Shown piece after piece: positions 26,153-35,789 of a stretch of DNA of 38,435 nucleotides (its first letter is position 1; each line of letters begins with the position of its first letter). Source of the stretch: Bacteroidales bacterium (GTDB taxonomy: Bacteria > Bacteroidota > Bacteroidia > Bacteroidales > JAIORY01); assembly GCA_021107915.1 (NCBI GenBank), contig JAIORY010000038.1, forward strand, positions 1 through 38,435. The letters are read 5' to 3'. Below the pieces are notes generated by a model. That model was given only the letters and a program-made list of their open reading frames with translations. It was not told the origin of the DNA and did not search any database. The translations under genes and the position numbers were made by a program.

Positions 26153-27079
26153 ATGGAAACTGTTATTTCTCCGATTAATAAAGAATTATTAGAAAAAGAA
26201 CTAACTGATGAAAAATTTGTTAGAAATACCAATAACGGTAATAATAAAATTTATATTTTTTCTTATGAAGATTCGCCACATTTAATGAAAGAAATTGGAC
26301 GATTAAGAGAAATTACTTTTAGAGATGCAGGTGGTGGAACAGGTAAAAACTGTGATATTGACAGTTATGATATTTCGGAAAAATCATTTAAACAACTTAT
26401 TGTTTGGAATCCAGTTGATAAAGAAATTACAGGAGGATATAGATTTATTCACGGCAAGGATTTGCTTGATTCAAAAAATGGCAATATTAAAACTCCAACT
26501 TCAAAATTGTTTCATATTTCAGATATATTCAAAAAAGATTATATAAAATACACTATTGAACTTGGAAGATCTTTTGTTCAGCCATTATACCAACCACTAA
26601 ACAATATCCGCAAAGGAATGTATTCTCTTGATAATCTTTGGGATGGATTGGGAGCAATAATTATTGATAATCCCGATATTAAATATTTTTTCGGGAAGGT
26701 TACTATGTATCCGCATTATGATTCGCTTGCGCGTGATATTTTATTGTATTTTATGAGTAAATATTTTCCTGATAAAGAAAAACTCGTTTATCCTAAAAAT
26801 CCTCTGAAATTAACTACTGAAGTAAAAGTATTAAAAAATATTTTTACAGGCTGCAATTATAGTGAAGACTATAAGATTCTTATAAAAAATATAAGAAGTT
26901 TAAATGAGCAAATTCCTCCTTTGATGAATGCTTATATGAATCTTTCATCAACAATGAAGAGTTTTGGAACAACGATAAATAAAACCTTCGGCGATGTTGA
27001 AGAAACCGGTATTATTGTAACTATTAGTGATATTTATGATATCAAAAAAGACAGGCATTTTTCGACATATAAGAAATAA
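26153..27079 (+). CDS. GNAT-fold N-acyltransferase of the OlsB/GlsB (hemolysin-like) family
   Basis: 308 aa with ATG start. The motif LREITFRDAGGGTGKNCDIDSYD resembles the N-terminal signature of ornithine/glycine-lipid N-acyltransferases. It starts 7 nt downstream of the acyltransferase gene. Confidence 0.65.
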   Translation: METVISPINKELLEKELTDEKFVRNTNNGNNKIYIFSYEDSPHLMKEIGRLREITFRDAGGGTGKNCDIDSYDISEKSFKQLIVWNPVDKEITGGYRFIHGKDLLDSKNGNIKTPTSKLFHISDIFKKDYIKYTIELGRSFVQPLYQPLNNIRKGMYSLDNLWDGLGAIIIDNPDIKYFFGKVTMYPHYDSLARDILLYFMSKYFPDKEKLVYPKNPLKLTTEVKVLKNIFTGCNYSEDYKILIKNIRSLNEQIPPLMNAYMNLSSTMKSFGTTINKTFGDVEETGIIVTISDIYDIKKDRHFSTYKK

Positions 27080-27123
27080 GTTTTTAATAATTTAGAGTAG
27101 TTAAAGAAATAAAAAATCAAATT

Positions 27124-27741
27124 ATGATAATTAAAAGTGCTAAATTTATTATCAGCAGTCCGGATGTAAAAGACTGTCCTGAAGCAGATATACCTGAATA
27201 TGCTTTTATCGGGAGATCAAATGTTGGAAAATCTTCATTAATAAATATGCTCTCAGAAAGAAAAAGTTTAGCAAAAATATCAGGTGCACCGGGAAAAACA
27301 CAACTTATCAATCATTTTCAAATAAATAAATCATGGTATCTCGTTGATTTGCCAGGATATGGTTTTGCAAAGCGATCGAAAGAGGAAAGAAAAAAGTGGG
27401 GTGAGATGATACATAAATATCTTATCAAAAGAACTAATTTATTATGCACATTTATTTTAATTGATTCACGCCACGAACCTCAGAAATCTGATATTGAATT
27501 TATTGAATGGCTTGGTGTAAACAGGCTTCCTTTTGTTATTGTTTTTACAAAAACAGATAAATTAAAGAAAAATCAATTACAGGAAAATATCAATAATTAC
27601 AAAGATTTCTTATTAGAAAATTGGGAAGAATTACCTCAGATATTTATTACTTCAGCTATCAAAAATTTAGGAAAAGCTAATATATTAAATTTTATTGAAG
27701 ATACTAATAAACTGTTACCAAATTCTAATACAAACAGATAA
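27124..27741 (+). CDS. engB: Ribosome biogenesis GTP-binding protein YihA/YsxC (EngB)
   Basis: 205 aa. G1 GRSNVGKSS, G3 DLPGYG, G4 TKTDK. Confidence 0.9.
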   Translation: MIIKSAKFIISSPDVKDCPEADIPEYAFIGRSNVGKSSLINMLSERKSLAKISGAPGKTQLINHFQINKSWYLVDLPGYGFAKRSKEERKKWGEMIHKYLIKRTNLLCTFILIDSRHEPQKSDIEFIEWLGVNRLPFVIVFTKTDKLKKNQLQENINNYKDFLLENWEELPQIFITSAIKNLGKANILNFIEDTNKLLPNSNTNR

Positions 27742-27799
27742 GGACATTCAGTAAAGAGACATCTCATTTGTTATCAATAATATATATTTGGTATTACAA

Positions 27800-29380
27800 C
27801 TAAGCTGTAGGCAAAGTAAAACTAAAAGTGCTACCTTTTCCGACTTTACTTATAACACTAATTTTTCCACCGTTTTTCTCAACAAATTCTTTGCAAAGAA
27901 TAAGTCCTAATCCGGTTCCTGATTCATTATCTGTGCCGAGAGTAGAAACACTTTCATCAATTTTAAAAAGTTTATTTATGTCCTCGGGTTCAATTCCAAC
28001 ACCGTCATCTTTTATTGAAATTTTAATATTGCCATTTTCTTTTTTCGCTGTTATTAGTACATTGCCATTCTTTGAAGTGAATTTAATTGCATTAGAGGTT
28101 AGATTACGAAGTACAATATTGATCATATTTTCATCACAAAAGACAGTAATAGGAACAGGTATTTTTGCACTAATATTTATTTTTTTCTTTGCAGCAACAT
28201 CTTTAAATAATACTAATAAATTGTTAACCAGTACTTTCAAATGAAATTTTTCCGGCTCAAATTTAATGCTATTATTTTGGGATCGCGACCAAAACAAAAG
28301 ATTATCAATTAGTTTAAGTGTGTTGTTACTTGTTTTATAAATAGCTTCAGCCATAGCCTTTTTTTCATCATTATTAAATTCATTGAATTGAGTAGATAAT
28401 AATTCTGCGAATCCGGATATTGTATTGAACGGGCTTCGAAGATCGTGACCAATAATATTGAAAAATTTATCTTTGGTAGCATTTAATTCGCGGAGATGTA
28501 TTTCGCTTTCTTTAAGGATTTTGGCATCCAGTTTTTGCTTTGTTACATCTCTTGCCGATCCAACTGTTCCAATAAGTTTTCCCTTGTCATTAAATAACGG
28601 AGCTTTAAATACATCAAGGTAAAGAAATTTACCAAAAACATTTCCATGCTCGTCAAATCTTTGAGATTGTTTATTCTTAATTACAATTGAGTCAGAGTAT
28701 GTACATTCTTCACCAAATGTAAACCAGTCTTTTTCGTCTTTGTGGGTTTCTCTTTCTCTATTTACAAAAAACATTGTATGTTTCCCAATTGGCTCATTTG
28801 TATCTTTTGCATTTAATAATTTCTCGCAAATAGTTTTGTTTGTGAATGTAAAATTGCCATCAAGGTCTTTTGCCCAAATCATATCAGGAACAGCATCGGA
28901 CATTGATCTGATCATATCAAATAATTCATGATATTTTTGTTCGCTACACTTTAAATCTAATTCTACTTTTTTCTTTTCAGAAATATCTCTTGCCACAACA
29001 AGCATTTCAACAAATTTCCCGTCTTTTAAAATGGCAGAAGTAATTGTATCTAAGTAGAGGGTGCTTTCGTTTTTTCGTTTAATAGTAATTTCAAAATGAA
29101 AATTTGAAAAATCTCCACCAAGGCGTTTATCTCTGCGTTGATATACTTCCTCCAAAAATTCAGGAGAGATTATATCATATATATTTATTTCATCAAGATT
29201 TTCTCTTTTATATCCTGTTACTTCTAATGCAAAATCATTGCAGTAAGTAACTTCTCCATTCATTTTATAAGTGAGTATCATTTCTTTGGCTGTTTCAGCC
29301 ATAAGACGAAATTTTTCTTCACTTCTTTTTATTGAAGCTATTTCTTTTTGTAGAATATCTATTTTTTCTTTTAGTTTCAT
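27800..29380 (-). CDS. Cytoplasmic multi-PAS sensor histidine kinase
   Basis: 526 aa with no TM segments. PAS-like repeats, H-box FNIIGHDLRSP, N-box RNLTSNAIKFT, G-boxes DDGVGI and GTGLGL. Confidence 0.85.
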   Translation of the reverse strand: MKLKEKIDILQKEIASIKRSEEKFRLMAETAKEMILTYKMNGEVTYCNDFALEVTGYKRENLDEINIYDIISPEFLEEVYQRRDKRLGGDFSNFHFEITIKRKNESTLYLDTITSAILKDGKFVEMLVVARDISEKKKVELDLKCSEQKYHELFDMIRSMSDAVPDMIWAKDLDGNFTFTNKTICEKLLNAKDTNEPIGKHTMFFVNRERETHKDEKDWFTFGEECTYSDSIVIKNKQSQRFDEHGNVFGKFLYLDVFKAPLFNDKGKLIGTVGSARDVTKQKLDAKILKESEIHLRELNATKDKFFNIIGHDLRSPFNTISGFAELLSTQFNEFNNDEKKAMAEAIYKTSNNTLKLIDNLLFWSRSQNNSIKFEPEKFHLKVLVNNLLVLFKDVAAKKKINISAKIPVPITVFCDENMINIVLRNLTSNAIKFTSKNGNVLITAKKENGNIKISIKDDGVGIEPEDINKLFKIDESVSTLGTDNESGTGLGLILCKEFVEKNGGKISVISKVGKGSTFSFTLPTA

Positions 29381-29440
29381 AGGAAATAATTTTCACAAAT
29401 AATTTCGTTTAAAAAATAATATTTAAGCTATAAAATATTT

Positions 29441-31858
29441 TTACTTTCTTAGATACTTAAATAAAAGTGTTAATAATTTTTTTTTGTTTATTGGTTTATT
29501 AATAAATTCATCACAGCCTGATTCAAAAGCATCATCTTTTTCATTGTCAGACGAATATGCTGTTACAACAATTATTGGTAATCCGGGAAAAAGTTTTTTA
29601 ATTTTCTCAGTTGCTATAAATCCATCCATAACAGGCATTTTTAAATCCATAATAACCAAATCAACTTGCGAGTCTTTAGCGCAAATATCAAGAGCTTCCT
29701 GTCCGTTTTTAGCTCTTAGAATATTTGCTTGTGTTAAAACAAGCATTGTTTTTATTACACAAAAGTTTGATTCTTCATCTTCGGTTATTAAAATTGTTTT
29801 GTCTGAAAAATCGATATTTTCCGGTAATCTTAATAAAATATCTGTTTTAGGTTTATTTGGTATATTGAAATAAAAAGTTGAGCCAATATTTAAGGATGAT
29901 TCAACCCATATTTCTCCACCAAGTAATTCTACTATGCGTTTTACTAAAGCAAGACCTAATCCGATACCGCTAAATTCGCGAGTAAGAGAGTTGTCAGCCT
30001 GGCGAAATTTTTCAAAAATTACTTTATGTTTTTCTACCGGAATTCCTATTCCGGTATCCTTAATGAAAAATAAAATTTCATTTTTATAGATATTAAAACC
30101 GTATTCAACAGATCCTTTTTTTGTAAATTTTATTGCATTGCTTAATAATTCAATAAGTATTTGTTTTATTTTAGATGAATTGGAATAAATAGTAGTGTTT
30201 TGATCGTTAATTGATGGAATAAATTTTATTTCAATATGTTGTTTTTGAATTTTGTTTTGAATTTTTTCAATTACAGATGGGAGTTCTTTAAATAACTCAT
30301 CGAGTTTGAATTCGTTTTTTCGAAATTTATATTTATTACCTTCCATTATTGTAAGATCAAGCATATCTTGGATAATATTGAGAAGCTGGTTCCCACTATC
30401 ATTTATTGATTGAGAGTATTCAAGGATTTCTTCATCCGGCAAAGGATACATTAATAAATTAGAAAAACCGATAATTGCATTTAAAGGAGTGCGTAATTCA
30501 TGCGATAGTGTGTGAAAAAATGCTGTTTTTATACTATCAGACTCCTCAGCTTTTTCTTTTGCAATTCTAAGTTCGTTTTCAACATATTTTATTTCTGTTA
30601 TATCTACAAAGCTTTCAAGAAAACATTTTCGTCCTTTTAAAATAATTGATTTAACAGTTTTAATAATAGGAATTTGAATTCCATCACAAGTTAGTATTGT
30701 TTTTTCAGAATTGTCAATTTCTTGTTTCAGATCAGAAATAGGACATTTGCCTTTTTCAGCAGGACAAATGAATTTATGACAAATATTCCCGATAATATAT
30801 TTTGGGTCAGCACCAATAATTTTAGCTGCAGAATTGTTAATATCAACAATTTTGTGGGTTTCTTCGTCAATTAATACTACTCCTGCATGAATTGAATTAT
30901 AGATAGCTTTGATATAATTCTCACTTTCTAATAGTTCAAGATCGGCTTTCTTTTTATTTTTTTTATTTTCAATATTTTGTAAAGCAGTTTCAATATCGCT
31001 TGCAAGAGCTTCGATTAATGAATGCTCTTCTTTATAATTTGTAAATTCTGTAGGTACTGATATCGCCAATACTCCACAGGTATTATCATTAATTTTAAAA
31101 TTCAGCACTAACTCTCTTAAGCCCGGATTTTTGCCCAGCATAGGACAATTGCCACATTCAGAACAAACATCTTCAATTGCTACTACATTATCTTCTTTTA
31201 ACGATCTTTTTGTGCATTCGTTTATTTTCCCTTCCTTCAAATCCTTTATCATATCATCATAACCAACAATTCGTCCTGTATGATAATCCTTTATAAATTT
31301 CATTGAATTATCATAAAGTAATATCCAAGCACCTGAATAACCCATGGTTTTTGTAAGAATATCACAAACGCCTTGAAGTAATTTATTTGTGTCATTTTCT
31401 TTTGTCAAGAAAATATTTATATCTCTGATGGCATGTAATACCCGATTTAAATTCTTGTTTCTTTCTTCAGCAATATTTCTTTCGGTAATATCAAGCAAAG
31501 TTGCAATACTTTTGTAAGTGCCGGGTATTAAACTTATTGACAATAAAATAGTCCTTGCATTTTTATTAGCATCAATAGCTCGAAATTCGTATTCACTTGT
31601 TGATTTTGGGTCTTTCCTTAGATTTTGTATATACTTTGTTCTTATTTTTATAAGGTCTTCTTTTAAAGCAAAGTCAGTCCATGGTTTTTTTTCTTCAATT
31701 TCTTTTTTTGAAAAACCAACAAATTTTGCGAATTCATTATTTACTAATGATAATATATTATTTTTTTCAATAATACACATTGCTGTACTGGAATTATCAA
31801 ATAATGTTTTATAGAAATTATTTCTTTCGGTAGAATTTGTTTCAGGTTTTTTTTTCAT
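29441..31858 (-). CDS. Hybrid sensor histidine kinase/response regulator (PAS-GAF-like-PAS-HisKA-HATPase-REC) with Cys-rich motifs
   Basis: 805 aa with no TM segments. H-box FHTLSHELRTPLNAI (His453), HATPase motifs NAIKFT, DTGIGI and GIGLGL, and a C-terminal receiver (DLVIMDLKMPVMDG). Cys clusters are C215-x16-C232-x2-C235-x2-C238-P and C360-x4-C365-x6-C372-P. Confidence 0.85.
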   Translation of the reverse strand: MKKKPETNSTERNNFYKTLFDNSSTAMCIIEKNNILSLVNNEFAKFVGFSKKEIEEKKPWTDFALKEDLIKIRTKYIQNLRKDPKSTSEYEFRAIDANKNARTILLSISLIPGTYKSIATLLDITERNIAEERNKNLNRVLHAIRDINIFLTKENDTNKLLQGVCDILTKTMGYSGAWILLYDNSMKFIKDYHTGRIVGYDDMIKDLKEGKINECTKRSLKEDNVVAIEDVCSECGNCPMLGKNPGLRELVLNFKINDNTCGVLAISVPTEFTNYKEEHSLIEALASDIETALQNIENKKNKKKADLELLESENYIKAIYNSIHAGVVLIDEETHKIVDINNSAAKIIGADPKYIIGNICHKFICPAEKGKCPISDLKQEIDNSEKTILTCDGIQIPIIKTVKSIILKGRKCFLESFVDITEIKYVENELRIAKEKAEESDSIKTAFFHTLSHELRTPLNAIIGFSNLLMYPLPDEEILEYSQSINDSGNQLLNIIQDMLDLTIMEGNKYKFRKNEFKLDELFKELPSVIEKIQNKIQKQHIEIKFIPSINDQNTTIYSNSSKIKQILIELLSNAIKFTKKGSVEYGFNIYKNEILFFIKDTGIGIPVEKHKVIFEKFRQADNSLTREFSGIGLGLALVKRIVELLGGEIWVESSLNIGSTFYFNIPNKPKTDILLRLPENIDFSDKTILITEDEESNFCVIKTMLVLTQANILRAKNGQEALDICAKDSQVDLVIMDLKMPVMDGFIATEKIKKLFPGLPIIVVTAYSSDNEKDDAFESGCDEFINKPINKKKLLTLLFKYLRK

Positions 31859-32185
31859 TTACATAGAATTGTTTTAATTGCTAAATGGAATCTGCTGTTC
31901 ATTCATTAACTTGTATATGGTTTGGTTTATTTAATAAATTTGTAGAGATAAAAAATAACCATTTATTTAGATAATGGTCAAATATACAAAAAATGTCATC
32001 AAGGATTATAAATTTATGAAAAAAATACCATAAATTTTTAACTTATTTATATAGTTTTAAAAAAAATTGTTTTAAAAGATTTAATTAATATTGTTTTAAT
32101 CTCGTGATACAGAGGAGTGTTTAGTTTTTTTAAATATGATTAATAAAAATTTTCATATAATTGCATGATAAAAAATATTTATTAA

Positions 32186-33964
32186 ATGGAACCAAAAAGA
32201 ATTTTTGATCTAATATCAAGATATAAATTAAAATTTAAACCAAAAGATGATGTATTAGCAGCAAAGGAAAACGGCAATTGGAAGAAGTATTCAATTGATG
32301 AATATATTGAGAATGTAAACAATGTTAGTTATGCTTTACTAAAACTGGGAATTAAAAAAGGTGATAATATTGCAAGTATTTCCAATAATCGCCCTGAATG
32401 GAATTTCATTGATATGGGAATTCAGCAAATTGGTGCAATACATACTCCGATTTATCCTACAATAAGCGAATCCGATTATAAATATATTTTAAATCATGCT
32501 GAGGTAAAACTATTGTTTATTTCAAGTCGTGAGTTATTGACAAAAGTCGAGCAGGTTTTTCCCGAGGTTTCTACTCTTAAAGATATATACACTTTTAATG
32601 AAATTGAAGGCGAAAAGCATTTCAGTAAACTTATTGAACTGGGAAAAAATAATCCTGAAAAAGAAAAACTTGAAAAGATAAAAGAAAGCATTAAATCTAA
32701 TGATGTTGCAACATTGATTTATACTTCCGGTACAACGGGTAATCCAAAAGGTGTGATGCTTTCGCATAATAATTTATTAAGTAATTCAATAGCGGTTTCG
32801 TACATTCCTACTTTTGGTGAAAAAGGAAAAGCTTTGAGTTTTTTACCTTTATGTCATGTTTATGAGCGAATGATAAATTACCTTTATCAATATCTTGGTA
32901 TTTCGATATATTATGCTCAAAGTATGGCTACAATTGCTGATAATGCCAAAGAAATCAAACCTGATATGATGACTGCCGTACCGCGTTTTCTTGAGAAAGT
33001 GTATGATAAAATTCTTAATAAAGGGAGAAAACTTACCGGTATTAAAAAAGGAATATTTTTTTGGTCAGTTGGTCTGGCTGAAAAATATGAACTAAATCGC
33101 GAAAACGGAAGTTGGTATGAATTTAAACTTAAAATTGCAGATAAGCTTGTTTTTAGCAAATGGCGCGAAGCTTTGGGTGGAAATTTTAAAATTATTGTTT
33201 CGGGTGGAGCAGCAATCCAACCAAGACTTGCAAGAGTTTTTTGGTCAGCAAAATTGCCTGTTTATGAAGGATACGGTCTTACGGAAACTTCTCCTGTAAT
33301 TGCAGTAACAAGTACTGATAGTAACGGAATTAAATTTGGAACAGTAGGACCACCTTTAAGAGGAGTTGAAGTAAAAATTGCCGATGATAGTGAAATATTG
33401 TGCAAAGGTCCCGGAGTTATGCTTGGATATTATCGTGATGAAAAATTGACAGATGAAGTAATTGATAAAAATGGCTGGTTTCATACCGGCGATGTAGGAA
33501 TTATCGAGAAAGAAGGGCAATTACGTCTTACTGGAAGGAAAAAAGAAATATTCAAAACATCAGTAGGCAAATATATTGCACCTCAGATTATCGAAAACAA
33601 ACTTAAAGAATCACCTTTTATTGATAATGCAATGGTTATTGGCGAAAATCAAAAATTTGCTGCTGCATTGATAGTTCCAAACTTTGAACATCTTCGTTCA
33701 TGGTGTAATATTAAAAAGATAGAATATCAGGAAAATAAGGAAATAATAAAGGAACACGTAATAAGAAAAAGATATCAGAGAGAAATTGAAAAATGTAATT
33801 TAGAATTGGGAAATTATGAACAAATAAGAAAATTTCGATTTGTTGATACTGAATGGTCGGTTGAAACAGGAGAATTGTCTGCTACCCTAAAACTTAAAAG
33901 AAATACTGTTATTCAAAAATATCAGTATCTTGCAGACGAAATTTTTCAAATAAAACAATTATAA
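32186..33964 (+). CDS. Long-chain acyl-CoA synthetase (AMP-forming), paralog 1
   Basis: 592 aa with ATG start. AMP-binding motifs YTSGTTGNPKGV, GYGLTETSP, TGDVG and GRKKEIFKTSVGKYIAPQ. Confidence 0.85.
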   Translation: MEPKRIFDLISRYKLKFKPKDDVLAAKENGNWKKYSIDEYIENVNNVSYALLKLGIKKGDNIASISNNRPEWNFIDMGIQQIGAIHTPIYPTISESDYKYILNHAEVKLLFISSRELLTKVEQVFPEVSTLKDIYTFNEIEGEKHFSKLIELGKNNPEKEKLEKIKESIKSNDVATLIYTSGTTGNPKGVMLSHNNLLSNSIAVSYIPTFGEKGKALSFLPLCHVYERMINYLYQYLGISIYYAQSMATIADNAKEIKPDMMTAVPRFLEKVYDKILNKGRKLTGIKKGIFFWSVGLAEKYELNRENGSWYEFKLKIADKLVFSKWREALGGNFKIIVSGGAAIQPRLARVFWSAKLPVYEGYGLTETSPVIAVTSTDSNGIKFGTVGPPLRGVEVKIADDSEILCKGPGVMLGYYRDEKLTDEVIDKNGWFHTGDVGIIEKEGQLRLTGRKKEIFKTSVGKYIAPQIIENKLKESPFIDNAMVIGENQKFAAALIVPNFEHLRSWCNIKKIEYQENKEIIKEHVIRKRYQREIEKCNLELGNYEQIRKFRFVDTEWSVETGELSATLKLKRNTVIQKYQYLADEIFQIKQL

Positions 33965-33984
33965 CCAAAACCAAATTTATAATA

Positions 33985-35757
33985 ATGAAAACAGAAGTAA
34001 CAAGAATTTTTGATATTCTGCCACATTACAAAAAAAACTACAAGCCCAAAGATGATGTAGTTGTTGGTAAGGAAAATGGTGTTTGGGTAAAACACGATAT
34101 TGAAAAATATATTGAAAAAGCTAAAAATATTAGTTATGGATTGCTGAAACTTGGGGTTAAGCCAGGAGATAAAATTGCAACTATTTCAAATAATCGCCCT
34201 GAGTGGAATTTTCTTGATATGGGAGTTTCTCAGATTGGAGCTATTCATACTCCGATTTATCCGACTATCAGCGAAGACGATTACAGATATATTTTAAAAC
34301 ATGCAGAGGTAAAATATGTATTTGTTGCCGGCAAAGAATTGTTATCCAAAATTGAACACATTTTACCTGATATCCCATCAATAAAGGGTTTATTTACTTT
34401 TAAAAATATTGCTACCGAGAAACATCTCAACGATTTGATTGAACTTGGTGAGAAAAATCCTGCTCCAGAAAAACTTGAAAAATTAAAAGCAAATATCAAA
34501 GAAAAAGATTTTGCTACATTAATTTATACTTCAGGAACAACCGGAGACCCCAAGGGTGTGATGCTTTCTCATTACAATATTTTATCAAATGCAAAAGCCG
34601 TTGCTCACATTCCTCCTTTCGGTGAAGAAGGTAAAGCACTTAGTTACCTTCCTTTGTGCCATGTTTACGAGCGAATGCTTAATTATTGTTATCAGTATCT
34701 CGGCATTTCAATTTATTATGCCGAAAATATGGGTAAGATTGCCGATAATATTAGAGAAATAAAACCCGATATTTTATCTACAGTACCTCGATTACTCGAA
34801 AAAGTTTATGATAGAATAGTTGACAAAGGACGTAAACTAAAAGGAATTAAAAGACAACTGTTTTTCTGGTCACTTAATTTGGGATTAAAATATGAGTTGA
34901 ATAAAGCAAATGGCTGCTGGTATGAATTTAAATTAAAAATTGCCAGAAAACTGGTTTTCAGCAAATGGCAAGCCGGTTTGGGTGGAAATATGAAAGTAAT
35001 TGTTTCGGGTGGTGCTGCATTGCAAGAACGTTTGGGAAGAGTATTCACTGCTGCCGGCATTCCGTGTCTCGAAGGTTATGGATTAACAGAAACCTCACCT
35101 GTGATTACTGTTAATGATTTTAATAAAAATGGTTGGAAATTTGGTACTGTTGGTCCTCCCGTAAAGGATGTAGAAATAAAAATTGCCGAAGATGGAGAAA
35201 TTCTTTCAAGAGGTCCAAATACTATGTTGGGATATTTTAAAGCACCTGAATTAACAAAAGAAGTTATTGATAAAGATGGATGGTTTCATACCGGTGATGT
35301 TGGAGTTATTGAAAAAGAAGGTCAACTTAGAATTACAGGCAGAAAAAAGGAAATTTTTAAAACTTCGCTCGGAAAATATATTAGTCCTCAATTGCTTGAA
35401 AACAGGTTTAAAGAATCAGCATTTATTGATAATATTGTTGTCCTTGGCGAAAATCAGAAATTTGCTGCTGCATTGGTAGTTCCGGATTTTGAACACATCC
35501 AGGCATGGTGTAAAGTAAAAAATATTAAATATTCTACTGATGCTGAAATGCTAAAAGAAAAAGTGATAAAACAACGATTACAAAGAGAAATAAATACGTA
35601 CAATAAATTTTTTGGGAATACAGAAAAAATTATGAGATTTGAATTGATGGACCACCTATGGTCTATCGAAACCGGAGAATTGACTGCAAATCTTAAACTT
35701 AAACGAGGATTTATCACAAAAAAATATAATGAACAGGTTGACAAGCTTTTTAAATAG
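33985..35757 (+). CDS. Long-chain acyl-CoA synthetase (AMP-forming), paralog 2
   Basis: 590 aa, collinear with paralog 1 (roughly 60-65% identity by eye over the N-terminal 200 aa). The same motifs are present (YTSGTTGDPKGV, GYGLTETSP). Confidence 0.85.
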   Translation: MKTEVTRIFDILPHYKKNYKPKDDVVVGKENGVWVKHDIEKYIEKAKNISYGLLKLGVKPGDKIATISNNRPEWNFLDMGVSQIGAIHTPIYPTISEDDYRYILKHAEVKYVFVAGKELLSKIEHILPDIPSIKGLFTFKNIATEKHLNDLIELGEKNPAPEKLEKLKANIKEKDFATLIYTSGTTGDPKGVMLSHYNILSNAKAVAHIPPFGEEGKALSYLPLCHVYERMLNYCYQYLGISIYYAENMGKIADNIREIKPDILSTVPRLLEKVYDRIVDKGRKLKGIKRQLFFWSLNLGLKYELNKANGCWYEFKLKIARKLVFSKWQAGLGGNMKVIVSGGAALQERLGRVFTAAGIPCLEGYGLTETSPVITVNDFNKNGWKFGTVGPPVKDVEIKIAEDGEILSRGPNTMLGYFKAPELTKEVIDKDGWFHTGDVGVIEKEGQLRITGRKKEIFKTSLGKYISPQLLENRFKESAFIDNIVVLGENQKFAAALVVPDFEHIQAWCKVKNIKYSTDAEMLKEKVIKQRLQREINTYNKFFGNTEKIMRFELMDHLWSIETGELTANLKLKRGFITKKYNEQVDKLFK

Positions 35758-35789
35758 AATTTGTTTGACTTTAGGAATGGCACTAAACA

